64,000 nt of DNA from Candidatus Moraniibacteriota bacterium. GTDB lineage: Bacteria > Patescibacteriota > Minisyncoccia > Moranbacterales > UBA1568. Below, one piece after another: positions 56,180-64,000 of the stretch. The stretch lies in NCBI GenBank assembly GCA_030648835.1, contig JAUSGT010000002.1:501458-565457 (forward strand). Reading direction: 5' to 3'. Each line of letters starts with the position of its first letter. Position 1 is the stretch's first letter. A program made the translations under genes and the position numbers. The notes under the pieces are model-generated. The model saw nothing but the letters and a program-made list of their open reading frames with translations, was not told the origin of the DNA and did no database searches.

Positions 56180-57259
56180 TTACTCTGTTTTTTTGATAAA
56201 AGTTTGGAGCGCTTCCGTGTAGAGACGCGCGATGATATTCCAGTGATAATGCGTTTCCGTATAGCGAAGTGCCCGCTCTCCCAGAGCATGGCATTTTTTC
56301 TCGTCTCTCGTAAGTGACAGAATAGCTTCTTTGAAAGCCTCGGCGTTTTCCGGATCCACAAACAGACCATTTTCATCGTGGCGGATGGCATCTTTCAACC
56401 CTTCGAGATTCGCGGCGATAACCGGCCGCCGACAGGCAGCCGCCTCGATAACCGCGATGCCGAACCCTTCCATATCTCCAGAAATATGGATATTTGGCTG
56501 AATGAAAATATCAGCCGTGTTCAAAAGAAGGTTGCGCTCCGTGTCAGTGACACGACCGAGCATTTTGACTTGTTTTTCTTTGTGTGTATCTTGTATGGCT
56601 GTTCTGATGTTTTTTTCTTCCGGCCCGGCTCCGGCGAGTACGTAGATTACTGTTTCCGGCAAAGATGGCAGGACTTCACGAATGAACCACTCGGCGCCTT
56701 TGCGTTTGGCGAGACGTCCGGTAGTGAGGAGCACGTGTTTTTTCGCGAGATCTTCACCCAGTAGTTTTTCCAAATCTTTGCGAACATAGTCTCCTTGCAA
56801 CGCTTCTATTTCGACGCCGTTGGGGATGACAACAATTTTTTCTTCCGGAATATTTTTTGTGATGGCGGTGGCGAGTGTTTCTCGACTCACGGCGATCAAC
56901 CCATCGAGCGTTGGGAGGAAACATCTCACCCAAAAAGCCTGATAGAAACTATTTCCATACGTGAGGTCGAGGCCGTGAATGACTGAGACGACGGGTTTTT
57001 TTGGATAAAAAAGTTTGATGAAAAATCCCACGACAGCCAGCACTCCATCGCCCAGAAGCACGACATCATATCGAGAAACGCTCAAAAGCGCTCGGAGCGT
57101 ACTGTAAGGAAGAAAAAACGGCAGGACTTTTTTCCCATAGTGATTGGCGATGGTCGTGACAGAATGAGAGCGCTTGAGCCATACGGAAAGGGCGTGATTC
57201 TGATTTTCAATGCCGCCGACGACGGGGGGATAAGCGCGTGAGATGAAAAGAATATTCAT
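56180..57259 (-). CDS. GT4 glycosyltransferase (PimB-like)
   Basis: YPP.VGGIE, HGLD, GRL..RKG, EGFGI..IEAAAC..PV. Confidence 0.92.
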   Translation of the reverse strand: MNILFISRAYPPVVGGIENQNHALSVWLKRSHSVTTIANHYGKKVLPFFLPYSTLRALLSVSRYDVVLLGDGVLAVVGFFIKLFYPKKPVVSVIHGLDLTYGNSFYQAFWVRCFLPTLDGLIAVSRETLATAITKNIPEEKIVVIPNGVEIEALQGDYVRKDLEKLLGEDLAKKHVLLTTGRLAKRKGAEWFIREVLPSLPETVIYVLAGAGPEEKNIRTAIQDTHKEKQVKMLGRVTDTERNLLLNTADIFIQPNIHISGDMEGFGIAVIEAAACRRPVIAANLEGLKDAIRHDENGLFVDPENAEAFKEAILSLTRDEKKCHALGERALRYTETHYHWNIIARLYTEALQTFIKKTE

Positions 57260-57275
57260 TGATTTGGTCGTTGTA

Positions 57276-57302
57276 AGATCCCTCAACAAGTTTGGGATGA
57301 CA
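57276..57302 (-). repeat. GTC-tagged palindromic repeat at a gene junction
   Basis: Minus strand TGTCATCCCAAACTTGTTGAGGGATCT. Confidence 0.6.
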
Positions 57303-57309
57303 CTTTGTG

Positions 57310-58260
57310 TCATTTCTTGTATTTCTCTTTTTTTACGAGATACATCAGATCTTCGGTCAGCTTGCGACTCGATTTGATCATATCGGCGATGAGCGAAAAA
57401 ACAAAAAACTGCAAGCCGATGAGAAGTGTAACGGCGGCAAAGAGCAAGTAGTTGCGGTAGGGAGAAATCTTGAAGTCCTGAAAGTAGAAAAAGAGGAAAC
57501 CGATGAATATTCCGAGCGAGACGAGGATGAGGAACAGCCCCGGAACACCGAAAAATTTCATGGGCCGCACGTCGCGTACCGCTTTCAGGATGATACGGGA
57601 ACTGTTGTTGACGTAGTTGAAAACACTTTTGACAACGCGTGACTTACGCCCTTCAAAATAGGTCACTTCCACCGGAACCCACTTGATTTTCAGATCTTTT
57701 CCGATAGCATCAATGATCGTTTCTTGGGTATAGGTAAAGCCTCCCGGGAGATTCAAGCGTAGGAGTGTTTCACGATTGTATCCGCGGAATCCGCAGGTGA
57801 GGTCTTTGATCGAAGTATCCATGAATCCGCTGATGATTTTGGCGGCTATGCGGTTGAGAATATTTTTGAGGAAAGGGATGTTTTTGGCTTTCAAGCGATC
57901 GAAGCGATCGGCGCTTACCATATCGGCTTCCTTCGCGAGGAGAGGCGCGATAATTTTCCGGATATCGGCAGGATCAAATTGCCCATCCGCATCGATATTG
58001 ACCATGATATCGGCGCCGTTTTCCAGCGCTTGCTCCACAGCGTGGCGGAATGTTCTGCCAATGCCGCGATTGATGCTGTTCTGATACACGAAGTCCGCGC
58101 CCGTTTCTTTGGCGACAGCGACAGTCCGATCTGTCGATCCATCGTCGATGACTTGCACCAGTATTTCATCAACACCATCCAAAACACGAGGGATTCTTTT
58201 TAGGGTATTTCCTATTTTTGCTTCCTCATTGAAAGCCGGCAGATTGACTACAAGACGCAT
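57310..58260 (-). CDS. GT2 polyprenol-phosphate glycosyltransferase (DPM1-like) with two C-terminal TMs
   Basis: PAFNEE, DDGSTD, IDADGQF, D..CGFR.Y. Confidence 0.9.
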   Translation of the reverse strand: MRLVVNLPAFNEEAKIGNTLKRIPRVLDGVDEILVQVIDDGSTDRTVAVAKETGADFVYQNSINRGIGRTFRHAVEQALENGADIMVNIDADGQFDPADIRKIIAPLLAKEADMVSADRFDRLKAKNIPFLKNILNRIAAKIISGFMDTSIKDLTCGFRGYNRETLLRLNLPGGFTYTQETIIDAIGKDLKIKWVPVEVTYFEGRKSRVVKSVFNYVNNSSRIILKAVRDVRPMKFFGVPGLFLILVSLGIFIGFLFFYFQDFKISPYRNYLLFAAVTLLIGLQFFVFSLIADMIKSSRKLTEDLMYLVKKEKYKK

Positions 58261-58267
58261 AGATTTA

Positions 58268-58504
58268 TTATTTTTTCCGGATTAAAATACTCGGATCGAC
58301 GCATTGAAAATCGCATTTCTCTCTGGCGCCTTGGATACCGCCCTGGATCAGATCGCCCCGACACTGCAGAAGCTTTTCTTGGCAGACGGCTTTGCGTTCA
58401 TTCCAGTAATTGGTATTCACTTCATAGCCAAAATAGGGGAGGACAAAATAGGCGATAACCAGAACGCCAGCCAGCCAGATAATGAGTTTGATAATTGAAA
58501 ACAT
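58268..58504 (-). CDS. small membrane-anchored Cys-containing protein, hypothetical
   Basis: 78 aa, one TM, four Cys. Confidence 0.65.
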   Translation of the reverse strand: MFSIIKLIIWLAGVLVIAYFVLPYFGYEVNTNYWNERKAVCQEKLLQCRGDLIQGGIQGAREKCDFQCVDPSILIRKK

Positions 58505-58516
58505 AGTGTTATTGAG

Positions 58517-58606
58517 GAGTATGTAGCAAGTAGTATGTAGTAAGGGAGCTCACGGGGCAAAGAGTTTGTCTTTTATACCTTGCTACTTACTGCTTATCAC
58601 TTGATT
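58517..58606. repeat. inverted heptamer arrays (TAGYAWG / CTTRCTA)
   Basis: GAGTATG TAGCAAG TAGTATG TAGTAAG ... CTTGCTA CTTACTG CTTATCA CTTGATT. Confidence 0.65.
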
Positions 58607-58613
58607 CTTCATT

Positions 58614-59900
58614 TTACCGGCCGATACCTTTATAAGTAATCCCGGCTTTTTTGAGAGCGTCTTTATTGAGGCAGTTTTTCCCATCAACGATGACCTTGAT
58701 ACCATGTTTTTTCAACAGGGCTGGAGTAAGGGATTCCGTAAATTCTTTGTGGCTGGTAGCAAGGATCAAGGCTTGGGATTTTTTCAGAATCGCCTCGAGG
58801 GATTTCATACTGGACTGACTTTTGACATACGGATCAAAGGTCTCCACTTTGCAGTAGTGTTTCTTCAAAAGCTCAATGATTTCAAACGCCGGCGATTCAC
58901 GCAAGTCGTCTATATTGGCTTTGTAGGCCAGTCCCAAAACTCCCACCACCGTATCTTTCATCGGCATCCGATTCTCATTGAGCGCGTCCTGCAAGCGCTC
59001 TACCGTGTAGGTCGGCATATCGTTATTTGTCTTGATAGCCAGTTTGAGGAATTCATGGTTGAAGCCGGATTCCTTGGCCCGTTCCACGAGGTAATGCGGA
59101 TCGACAGGGATGCAATGCCCCCCCACACCGCAAGAAGGGTAATGCGCCATAAAGGCGAATGGCTTCGTCGCCGCTCCTTGAATGACATCTTTGACATCAA
59201 TATCCATCTTATCGAATGAGCGAGCGATTTCATTGACGAAAGCGATGTTGATATTGCGGAAAGAGTTTTCAAGAATCTTGACCGCCTCGGCCTCACGGAT
59301 GGTTTTCATCGGACGGATATCGGCATCCACAATACTTCGGTAAAACTGGAGTGACATTTCCAAACCCTTTTTATCGAAAGCGCCGACGACACGGGGGATG
59401 TTGGTGACATTCCACTTCGGATCTCCGGGATTGATGCGTTCCGGGCAGTGAGAGATAAAAATATCTTTGCCAACCGTAAAACCGGCTTTTTCAAAAATCG
59501 GCTTTACCACTTCTTCGGAAACATACGGATTGACCGTTGATTCGAGGACTACCAAAACATTCTTTTTACAATGAGCGGCTACCGTCTCCGACGCGCTGAT
59601 AACCGGAGCGAGATCCGGATGATGTTTGCTGTCTACCGGCGTCGGCACGCAAATGATATGGATGTCAGCCCCGGTGATATCTTTGGGATTGTCGGTTACC
59701 TTGAACGGATATTTCAAGAGATTTTTTTGCAGAAAAGTGTCTTTGAAAACATGCTGTCCTTTTTTCAGCAGACCGACTTTCCTTTTGTCGGTATCGAAAC
59801 CAATGACAGAATACCCCTTTTCTTTAGCTCGCATCGCGAGTGGCAGTCCGACATATCCGAGTCCGATAACCGCTACCGTTTTAAAGTCATATTTTGCCAT
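58614..59900 (-). CDS. UDP-N-acetylhexosamine 6-dehydrogenase (WbpA/WecC family)
   Basis: GLGYVGLPLA, CVPTP, LEST, PERINPG, GVGGHCIPVDP, AYK...DDLRESP. Confidence 0.92.
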   Translation of the reverse strand: MAKYDFKTVAVIGLGYVGLPLAMRAKEKGYSVIGFDTDKRKVGLLKKGQHVFKDTFLQKNLLKYPFKVTDNPKDITGADIHIICVPTPVDSKHHPDLAPVISASETVAAHCKKNVLVVLESTVNPYVSEEVVKPIFEKAGFTVGKDIFISHCPERINPGDPKWNVTNIPRVVGAFDKKGLEMSLQFYRSIVDADIRPMKTIREAEAVKILENSFRNINIAFVNEIARSFDKMDIDVKDVIQGAATKPFAFMAHYPSCGVGGHCIPVDPHYLVERAKESGFNHEFLKLAIKTNNDMPTYTVERLQDALNENRMPMKDTVVGVLGLAYKANIDDLRESPAFEIIELLKKHYCKVETFDPYVKSQSSMKSLEAILKKSQALILATSHKEFTESLTPALLKKHGIKVIVDGKNCLNKDALKKAGITYKGIGR

Positions 59901-59977
59901 ATTTAAGCCCTGAGAATAAGAATTAACCACTAGCTCCCATTGTAGAGAAAATCACCATTTTTGGCAAACATTTGCTA

Positions 59978-60006
59978 TTGACTTTCTCTCTTTTTTATGC
60001 TATCAT
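59978..60006 (+). promoter_or_regulatory. near-consensus sigma70 promoter
   Basis: TTGACT-17 nt-TATCAT, with TGC extension. Confidence 0.7.
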
Positions 60007-60062
60007 ATAAGGTCCATAAAATTGGGCACTTGGTGCCTTAACAATTCCTTAAGGAGAGAAGA

Positions 60063-60926
60063 GTGAAGACACTCCACTTACTTATGCCGACGGTCAATCA
60101 GAAACCGGGGATACTTTTCAAGAAGGCGAAAGATATTGAAAACCTCCGTATCTTGCTTGAGCGGCGTGGTATGGAACTTCGGGTTTTGATAGCCGACGAT
60201 GGAAGTCAGGCAGAACATTCGACGCCACTTGTTTTGGCTCGGATGAAAGACCAGCTTGGGGATATGTTCGATTACACAACATATCCCAAAAACGTTGGAA
60301 AAACAGTGACCGTCATTGAAGGATTGCAGCAGCTGATGGCTGACGCTTCAAGCGAAGACCTCATTGGTTGTCTCGACGACAACGAACATTCGTTTTTGTC
60401 GGCTCTCGATCTGCTCGAAAAAATCGAACAGGGTTACTTGGGTGCGATCGGCACTATCAAATATCCGGACGAATTCCTCAGCTACATCGATCGGCACGCG
60501 ATGCCGGCGGTAGGTGCTATCGAATCCGAGATCATGGGACTCAAAGGTAAGCTGTGCATCTATGCCTCCGGGTATTGGATCCAGCATATCGGTATCGTGA
60601 AAGAGTCCCTCGTCCTTTATCCGAAGTACCAGAAATTATTTCGAGAGCTCTTTCCTAACGAGGCCATCGCGATTCCGAAGTGGGGGACACCGACCCTCAT
60701 GCAGGAGCTGATGAACTGGGTTCTTAAAAACCGGCAACCTTGGAGCGAGGTAGATGAAGAACATCGGAGGATGGCAGTCAGCTACCTACCTTGCATCGAA
60801 GTGCCGGCTTTGACTCCACTGGGGCGAGCCACGGAAAAGGCTCTCAATCAGCTTCGAGCACTCGTTTTGAATGGCATTGTGCTTGATGTTCTTCTTGGCG
60901 TAGATCGCAGGAAAGCGATCGACTAG
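60063..60926 (+). CDS. divergent GT2 (DPM1-like) protein
   Basis: LLMPTVN, IADDGS, NVGK, CLDDNEH; AAGGAG SD before GTG. Confidence 0.65.
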   Translation: MKTLHLLMPTVNQKPGILFKKAKDIENLRILLERRGMELRVLIADDGSQAEHSTPLVLARMKDQLGDMFDYTTYPKNVGKTVTVIEGLQQLMADASSEDLIGCLDDNEHSFLSALDLLEKIEQGYLGAIGTIKYPDEFLSYIDRHAMPAVGAIESEIMGLKGKLCIYASGYWIQHIGIVKESLVLYPKYQKLFRELFPNEAIAIPKWGTPTLMQELMNWVLKNRQPWSEVDEEHRRMAVSYLPCIEVPALTPLGRATEKALNQLRALVLNGIVLDVLLGVDRRKAID

Positions 60927-60965
60927 CTACCCATCAACGGGTAATAGTCACGATGCGGGCAATTA

Positions 60966-61014
60966 ATAGGGAAGGAATGTATGTGAAACTGCATACGTTC
61001 CGACCCTGTTTTTT
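60966..61014 (+). terminator. intrinsic terminator
   Basis: AGGG-AA-GGAATGTATGT-GAAACT-GCATACGTTCC-GA-CCCT-GTTTTTT. Confidence 0.75.
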
Positions 61015-61053
61015 ATTACCCAAGTCTAAAATTACTGGTATAATAGAGGGGCT

Positions 61054-62241
61054 ATGACAATCGGCATCAATGTTTCATTTTTACGCAAGCCTGGAACGGG
61101 GATCGGACAGGTGACGCACAACGTTCTTCGAACGTTAATTTCTAATACCCAATACCCAATACCTAATGAACATGAGTTTTTTGTCTATTGTGAGGAGGAG
61201 CCGATACTCGATTTCAAATTACCGGAAAATTTTCATATACGCACATTTCTTCCTTTTTGGAAACGAGATGATGTACTGCGCAAGTGGCTCTGGGAAAAAC
61301 AATTGGCAAAGGAAGCGGTAAAAGACGGATGTGATGTATTTCTCAATCTCTACCAGTCAGCTACTTCCTTTGAGAAATATAAGCTACAAACTACAAGCTA
61401 CAAGCTACCTCGGCACGTAATGGTGGTACATGATGTTATTCCTGAGCTTTTTCCGGAGTATTTGAGGAAGTTTTCACAACGTATGCATTGGCGAGCGGTC
61501 AGGAAGGCCATTCGGAAAGCAGACGCGATCGTTGCCATATCGGAATCGACCAAACATGATCTGATGCGACTTGGCATACGAGAAGAAAAAATTACGGTAG
61601 CCTATCCAGACGTGGCGCCCCAATTCCGCCAACCTACTTCAGAAGAGAATGTTTCGCAAATACTGAAGAAATATTCTTTGGAGCGGGGATATATTTATCA
61701 TGGCGGGGGATTGGAAGTGCGCAAGAATGCGGAAAGGTTACTCCGAGCATATGCAAGTATGACTAAAAGCCCTTCGACTGCGCTCAGGGCGGAGATACCA
61801 ATACTTGTTATCTCCGGAAAAGTATTCGATAAGTCCAACAAGTTAGCAACGGATGTGGAAGGATTGATAAAAGAATTGTATCTGGAAGAAAAAGTAAAGC
61901 TTCTGGGTTTCGTACCGGATGAAGATTTGCCGGCATTGTATAAAGGAGCGTTGTTCTTTGTTTACCCGTCACTTTATGAGGGTTTCGGCCTTCCGGTACT
62001 CCAAGCGCTTTGTCAGAGTGTACCGGTTTTGACCGCCGGCAATTCATCGCTTCCTGAAGTCGGCGGAGAGGCAGCACTGTACGTCGATTCCAACGATACG
62101 GAAGCTATCGCTACTCAAATGGAGCATCTCTTGATTGATGAGACACTCCGCACGAACCTTGTTTCCCACAGCAACGCGCAAGCGGAAAAGTTCCATTGGG
62201 AGCATTTCGTACAGAAAATTTTAGCCACTCTAAAACAGTAA
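61054..62241 (+). CDS. GT4 glycosyltransferase (MtfB/WbpY-like) with three repeat-derived inserts
   Basis: GTGIG, HDVIP, AISE.TK.D, RKN, PSLYEGFGLPVLQA; TGGTATAAT box upstream. Confidence 0.92.
   Translation: MTIGINVSFLRKPGTGIGQVTHNVLRTLISNTQYPIPNEHEFFVYCEEEPILDFKLPENFHIRTFLPFWKRDDVLRKWLWEKQLAKEAVKDGCDVFLNLYQSATSFEKYKLQTTSYKLPRHVMVVHDVIPELFPEYLRKFSQRMHWRAVRKAIRKADAIVAISESTKHDLMRLGIREEKITVAYPDVAPQFRQPTSEENVSQILKKYSLERGYIYHGGGLEVRKNAERLLRAYASMTKSPSTALRAEIPILVISGKVFDKSNKLATDVEGLIKELYLEEKVKLLGFVPDEDLPALYKGALFFVYPSLYEGFGLPVLQALCQSVPVLTAGNSSLPEVGGEAALYVDSNDTEAIATQMEHLLIDETLRTNLVSHSNAQAEKFHWEHFVQKILATLKQ
61137..61170. repeat. in-frame heptamer array
   Basis: AATTTCT AATACCC AATACCC AATACCT AATGAA (ISNTQYPIPNE). 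Confidence 0.7.
61381..61408. repeat. in-frame heptamer array
   Basis: AAGCTAC AAACTAC AAGCTAC AAGCTAC (KLQTTSYKL). Confidence 0.75.
61769..61790. repeat. in-frame palindromic repeat
   Basis: GCCCTTCGACTGCGCTCAGGGC (SPSTALRA). Confidence 0.6.
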
Positions 62242-62244
62242 CCT

Positions 62245-63825
62245 ATGCCACTTCTTTTTGGATGGAGCACGAACAAACTACTGCTGGTCTGTTTCAACGT
62301 ATTGGCGGGCATTGCCCTCATCGGTATTTCGCATACATCCGTATTGCCGCTTGGCTCGGTCAATTTCTTTTTCTTTTCTTTCGTCGGTTTTCTTTTCGCG
62401 CTCTACCGGCCGGGATGGGTTTTTCTCCTTCTCATCGGTATGCTCCCGTATGAAATCATCAATATCGCACCAGTTAGTTTTGGTATCGCCATAAGACCAT
62501 ATCAGTGGCTTCTCGTCTTGGTCACGTTGGCCCTTCTTGTCCGCCTCATGCTCAAACGTTTTCCACTCGAGAAATTCATTCCGAATTTTTGGGATGTCAC
62601 TTTGGTCATTCTTGGTTTGGGTTCGTTTCTTTCCGCCCTTATAAGCGATCAAAAAGTCGTGGCAATGAAACTCACTATTATTCTCTTCTCATTTCTCCTT
62701 CTTTACTTCATCTGTCGAATTTTTGTACGTTCGACCGACGACGCGCGGATGCTCTTGCCGTTTCTCTTTTCTTCTTTTTTGGTAATTGTCGTCTATGCCA
62801 TATGGCAAAATATTTTTTTTCAGAGCGGTCAAGAGAGCTTTGAAGTGATGGCCGGCCGCCCCAACGCGACTTTCCCAGAAGCCGATTGGCTGGGAGGATA
62901 CGTGGCGGCAATAATCACAGTGTTGGTATCACTTATCGTTTCCCCGGCGCTCGTTTCGAAGTATGCCTCAATCAGGCAGACTCGGCTGATAGCCGGAGCT
63001 TTGCTCTTTCTTGGTTTTATCGCACTCATTATCACGGTCAGCCGGAGCGCGTGGCTTGCGACCCTGGTCGGCATAACGACGGCGCTGGTTCTTTTTGGCT
63101 GGCAACGAGGCATATTTGATGCCCTCTACTGGCGCAATAAGCAGGTTCTCAAGAGAGCCTTGTATGTGAAGCTCTTCATTTCGATTCCGTTTCTACTATC
63201 GCTTTTGGCGGTCTTTGTTTTCGGTTTGAGCCCGTTTGATCTCATGGATCGTAGTAAGAGTGTCGCTTCAGGGGAGCAAAAAATCACCGTCGCCTGTGAA
63301 AAGGAGACACCTCTTCCGGAAAAAATCGGTTCTCTGGAAGAACTTCAGAATTTTGGCTGTCGACACATCCGTTTGGAAAGTATTGAAGAAGAGCGTGTGG
63401 CTGGGCGGTATGTGACGGAAGTGTCACGTGACGATCCCAATGTGAAGATCCGTCAAAATACGTACACGAAAATCAGTCTCCTCCTCAAAGAACACTGGTT
63501 CTTCGGTATTGGGTTCGGCGCGGTTTCGCGGTATCTCGGGGAGGATGAGCGGGGGGTGGGATTGAATGCCAGTAATATCTTTTTGGAAGTATGGCTCGGA
63601 GCTGGGCTCGTCGGGTTTCTCGCTTTTATATTTTTCTGGTTTGGGCTCGGTTTCAAATGGCTTTTTATGGCTTACAGAGGAAATTCACCGCTGGCTCTCG
63701 TTCTCGGATCGGTGTTTGTTTCCATAACTGTCTTCAATCTTTTTAATTCCGGATTGTTTCTCGCTTGGTTTTTCGTTTTTCTGGCTTTTCTCGTCATTCC
63801 TGTTTCGGAAACTTCTCATGAATAA
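62245..63825 (+). CDS. O-antigen ligase / O-oligosaccharyltransferase-like (Wzy_C) protein
   Basis: RPNATF.E, T.SRSAWLA, R...Y, WFFGIG.G, SNIFLE.W...GLVG. Confidence 0.8.
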   Translation: MPLLFGWSTNKLLLVCFNVLAGIALIGISHTSVLPLGSVNFFFFSFVGFLFALYRPGWVFLLLIGMLPYEIINIAPVSFGIAIRPYQWLLVLVTLALLVRLMLKRFPLEKFIPNFWDVTLVILGLGSFLSALISDQKVVAMKLTIILFSFLLLYFICRIFVRSTDDARMLLPFLFSSFLVIVVYAIWQNIFFQSGQESFEVMAGRPNATFPEADWLGGYVAAIITVLVSLIVSPALVSKYASIRQTRLIAGALLFLGFIALIITVSRSAWLATLVGITTALVLFGWQRGIFDALYWRNKQVLKRALYVKLFISIPFLLSLLAVFVFGLSPFDLMDRSKSVASGEQKITVACEKETPLPEKIGSLEELQNFGCRHIRLESIEEERVAGRYVTEVSRDDPNVKIRQNTYTKISLLLKEHWFFGIGFGAVSRYLGEDERGVGLNASNIFLEVWLGAGLVGFLAFIFFWFGLGFKWLFMAYRGNSPLALVLGSVFVSITVFNLFNSGLFLAWFFVFLAFLVIPVSETSHE

Positions 63826-64000
63826 TACGCAAAAAACAATCGCTATTGATATCCGCCTCTTGGGTAAAGAACGGACCGGGGATGAGACGGTTTTTTTTCA
63901 TTTGACGAAAGAAGTGCTCAAGCTCGATAGAAAAAATCAATATCGTCTTCTGACCGATGAGACGGTGATGGAAAAGATAGCCTCGCTCTCTCTCCGTCTC
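63818..64000 (+). CDS. 3'-truncated GT4 glycosyltransferase, N-terminus only
   Basis: MNNTQKTIAIDIRLLGKERTGDETVF..., open to the window end; not in the ORF track. Confidence 0.7.
   Translation, partial: MNNTQKTIAIDIRLLGKERTGDETVFFHLTKEVLKLDRKNQYRLLTDETVMEKIASLSLRL

Noticed and set aside
63791-63810. CGTCATTCC-N6-GGAA as another palindromic repeat
   Set aside because: Stem is only 4 bp; could be chance.
1-64000. tRNA, rRNA, prophage, transposase or recombinase genes
   Set aside because: None recognised by eye; the holin-family gene at 2432 is a common chromosomal membrane protein with no phage neighbours.

Overview
64 kb of a bacterial genome, almost entirely one large cell-surface glycosylation region. 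The gene style (tight operon junctions, TGnTATAAT/TGnTATACT boxes just before starts, few SD motifs, archaeal-like GT-C proteins) suggests Patescibacteria/CPR; this is inference. It encodes nucleotide-sugar pathways (Ugd plus UDP-GlcA decarboxylase; rfbF/rfbG/rfbH plus a YerE-like TPP enzyme and a reductase; an NDP-sugar C-methyltransferase; a UDP-HexNAc dehydrogenase), many GT2/GT4 enzymes, about eight GT-C-type membrane proteins, two Wzx-like flippases and an O-antigen-ligase-like protein. Best candidate for an undescribed system: a divergent RtcB-family enzyme tightly coupled to a thymidylate-kinase-like P-loop kinase and a flippase inside a glycan operon. Other signals: (i) several stand-alone promoter-SD-ORF-terminator cassettes carrying divergent Nudix or GT-A-like genes; (ii) two MITE families with 4-bp target duplications, one at T-ATG start codons and one at TAAA near stop codons; (iii) inverted 7-nt-period repeat arrays; (iv) palindromic and heptamer repeats read in frame inside proteins; (v) a candidate switch-like RNA upstream of a ferredoxin/radical-SAM pair. 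No rRNA, tRNA, CRISPR array, transposase or integrase was recognised. All family calls are by eye from motifs; no database search was run.
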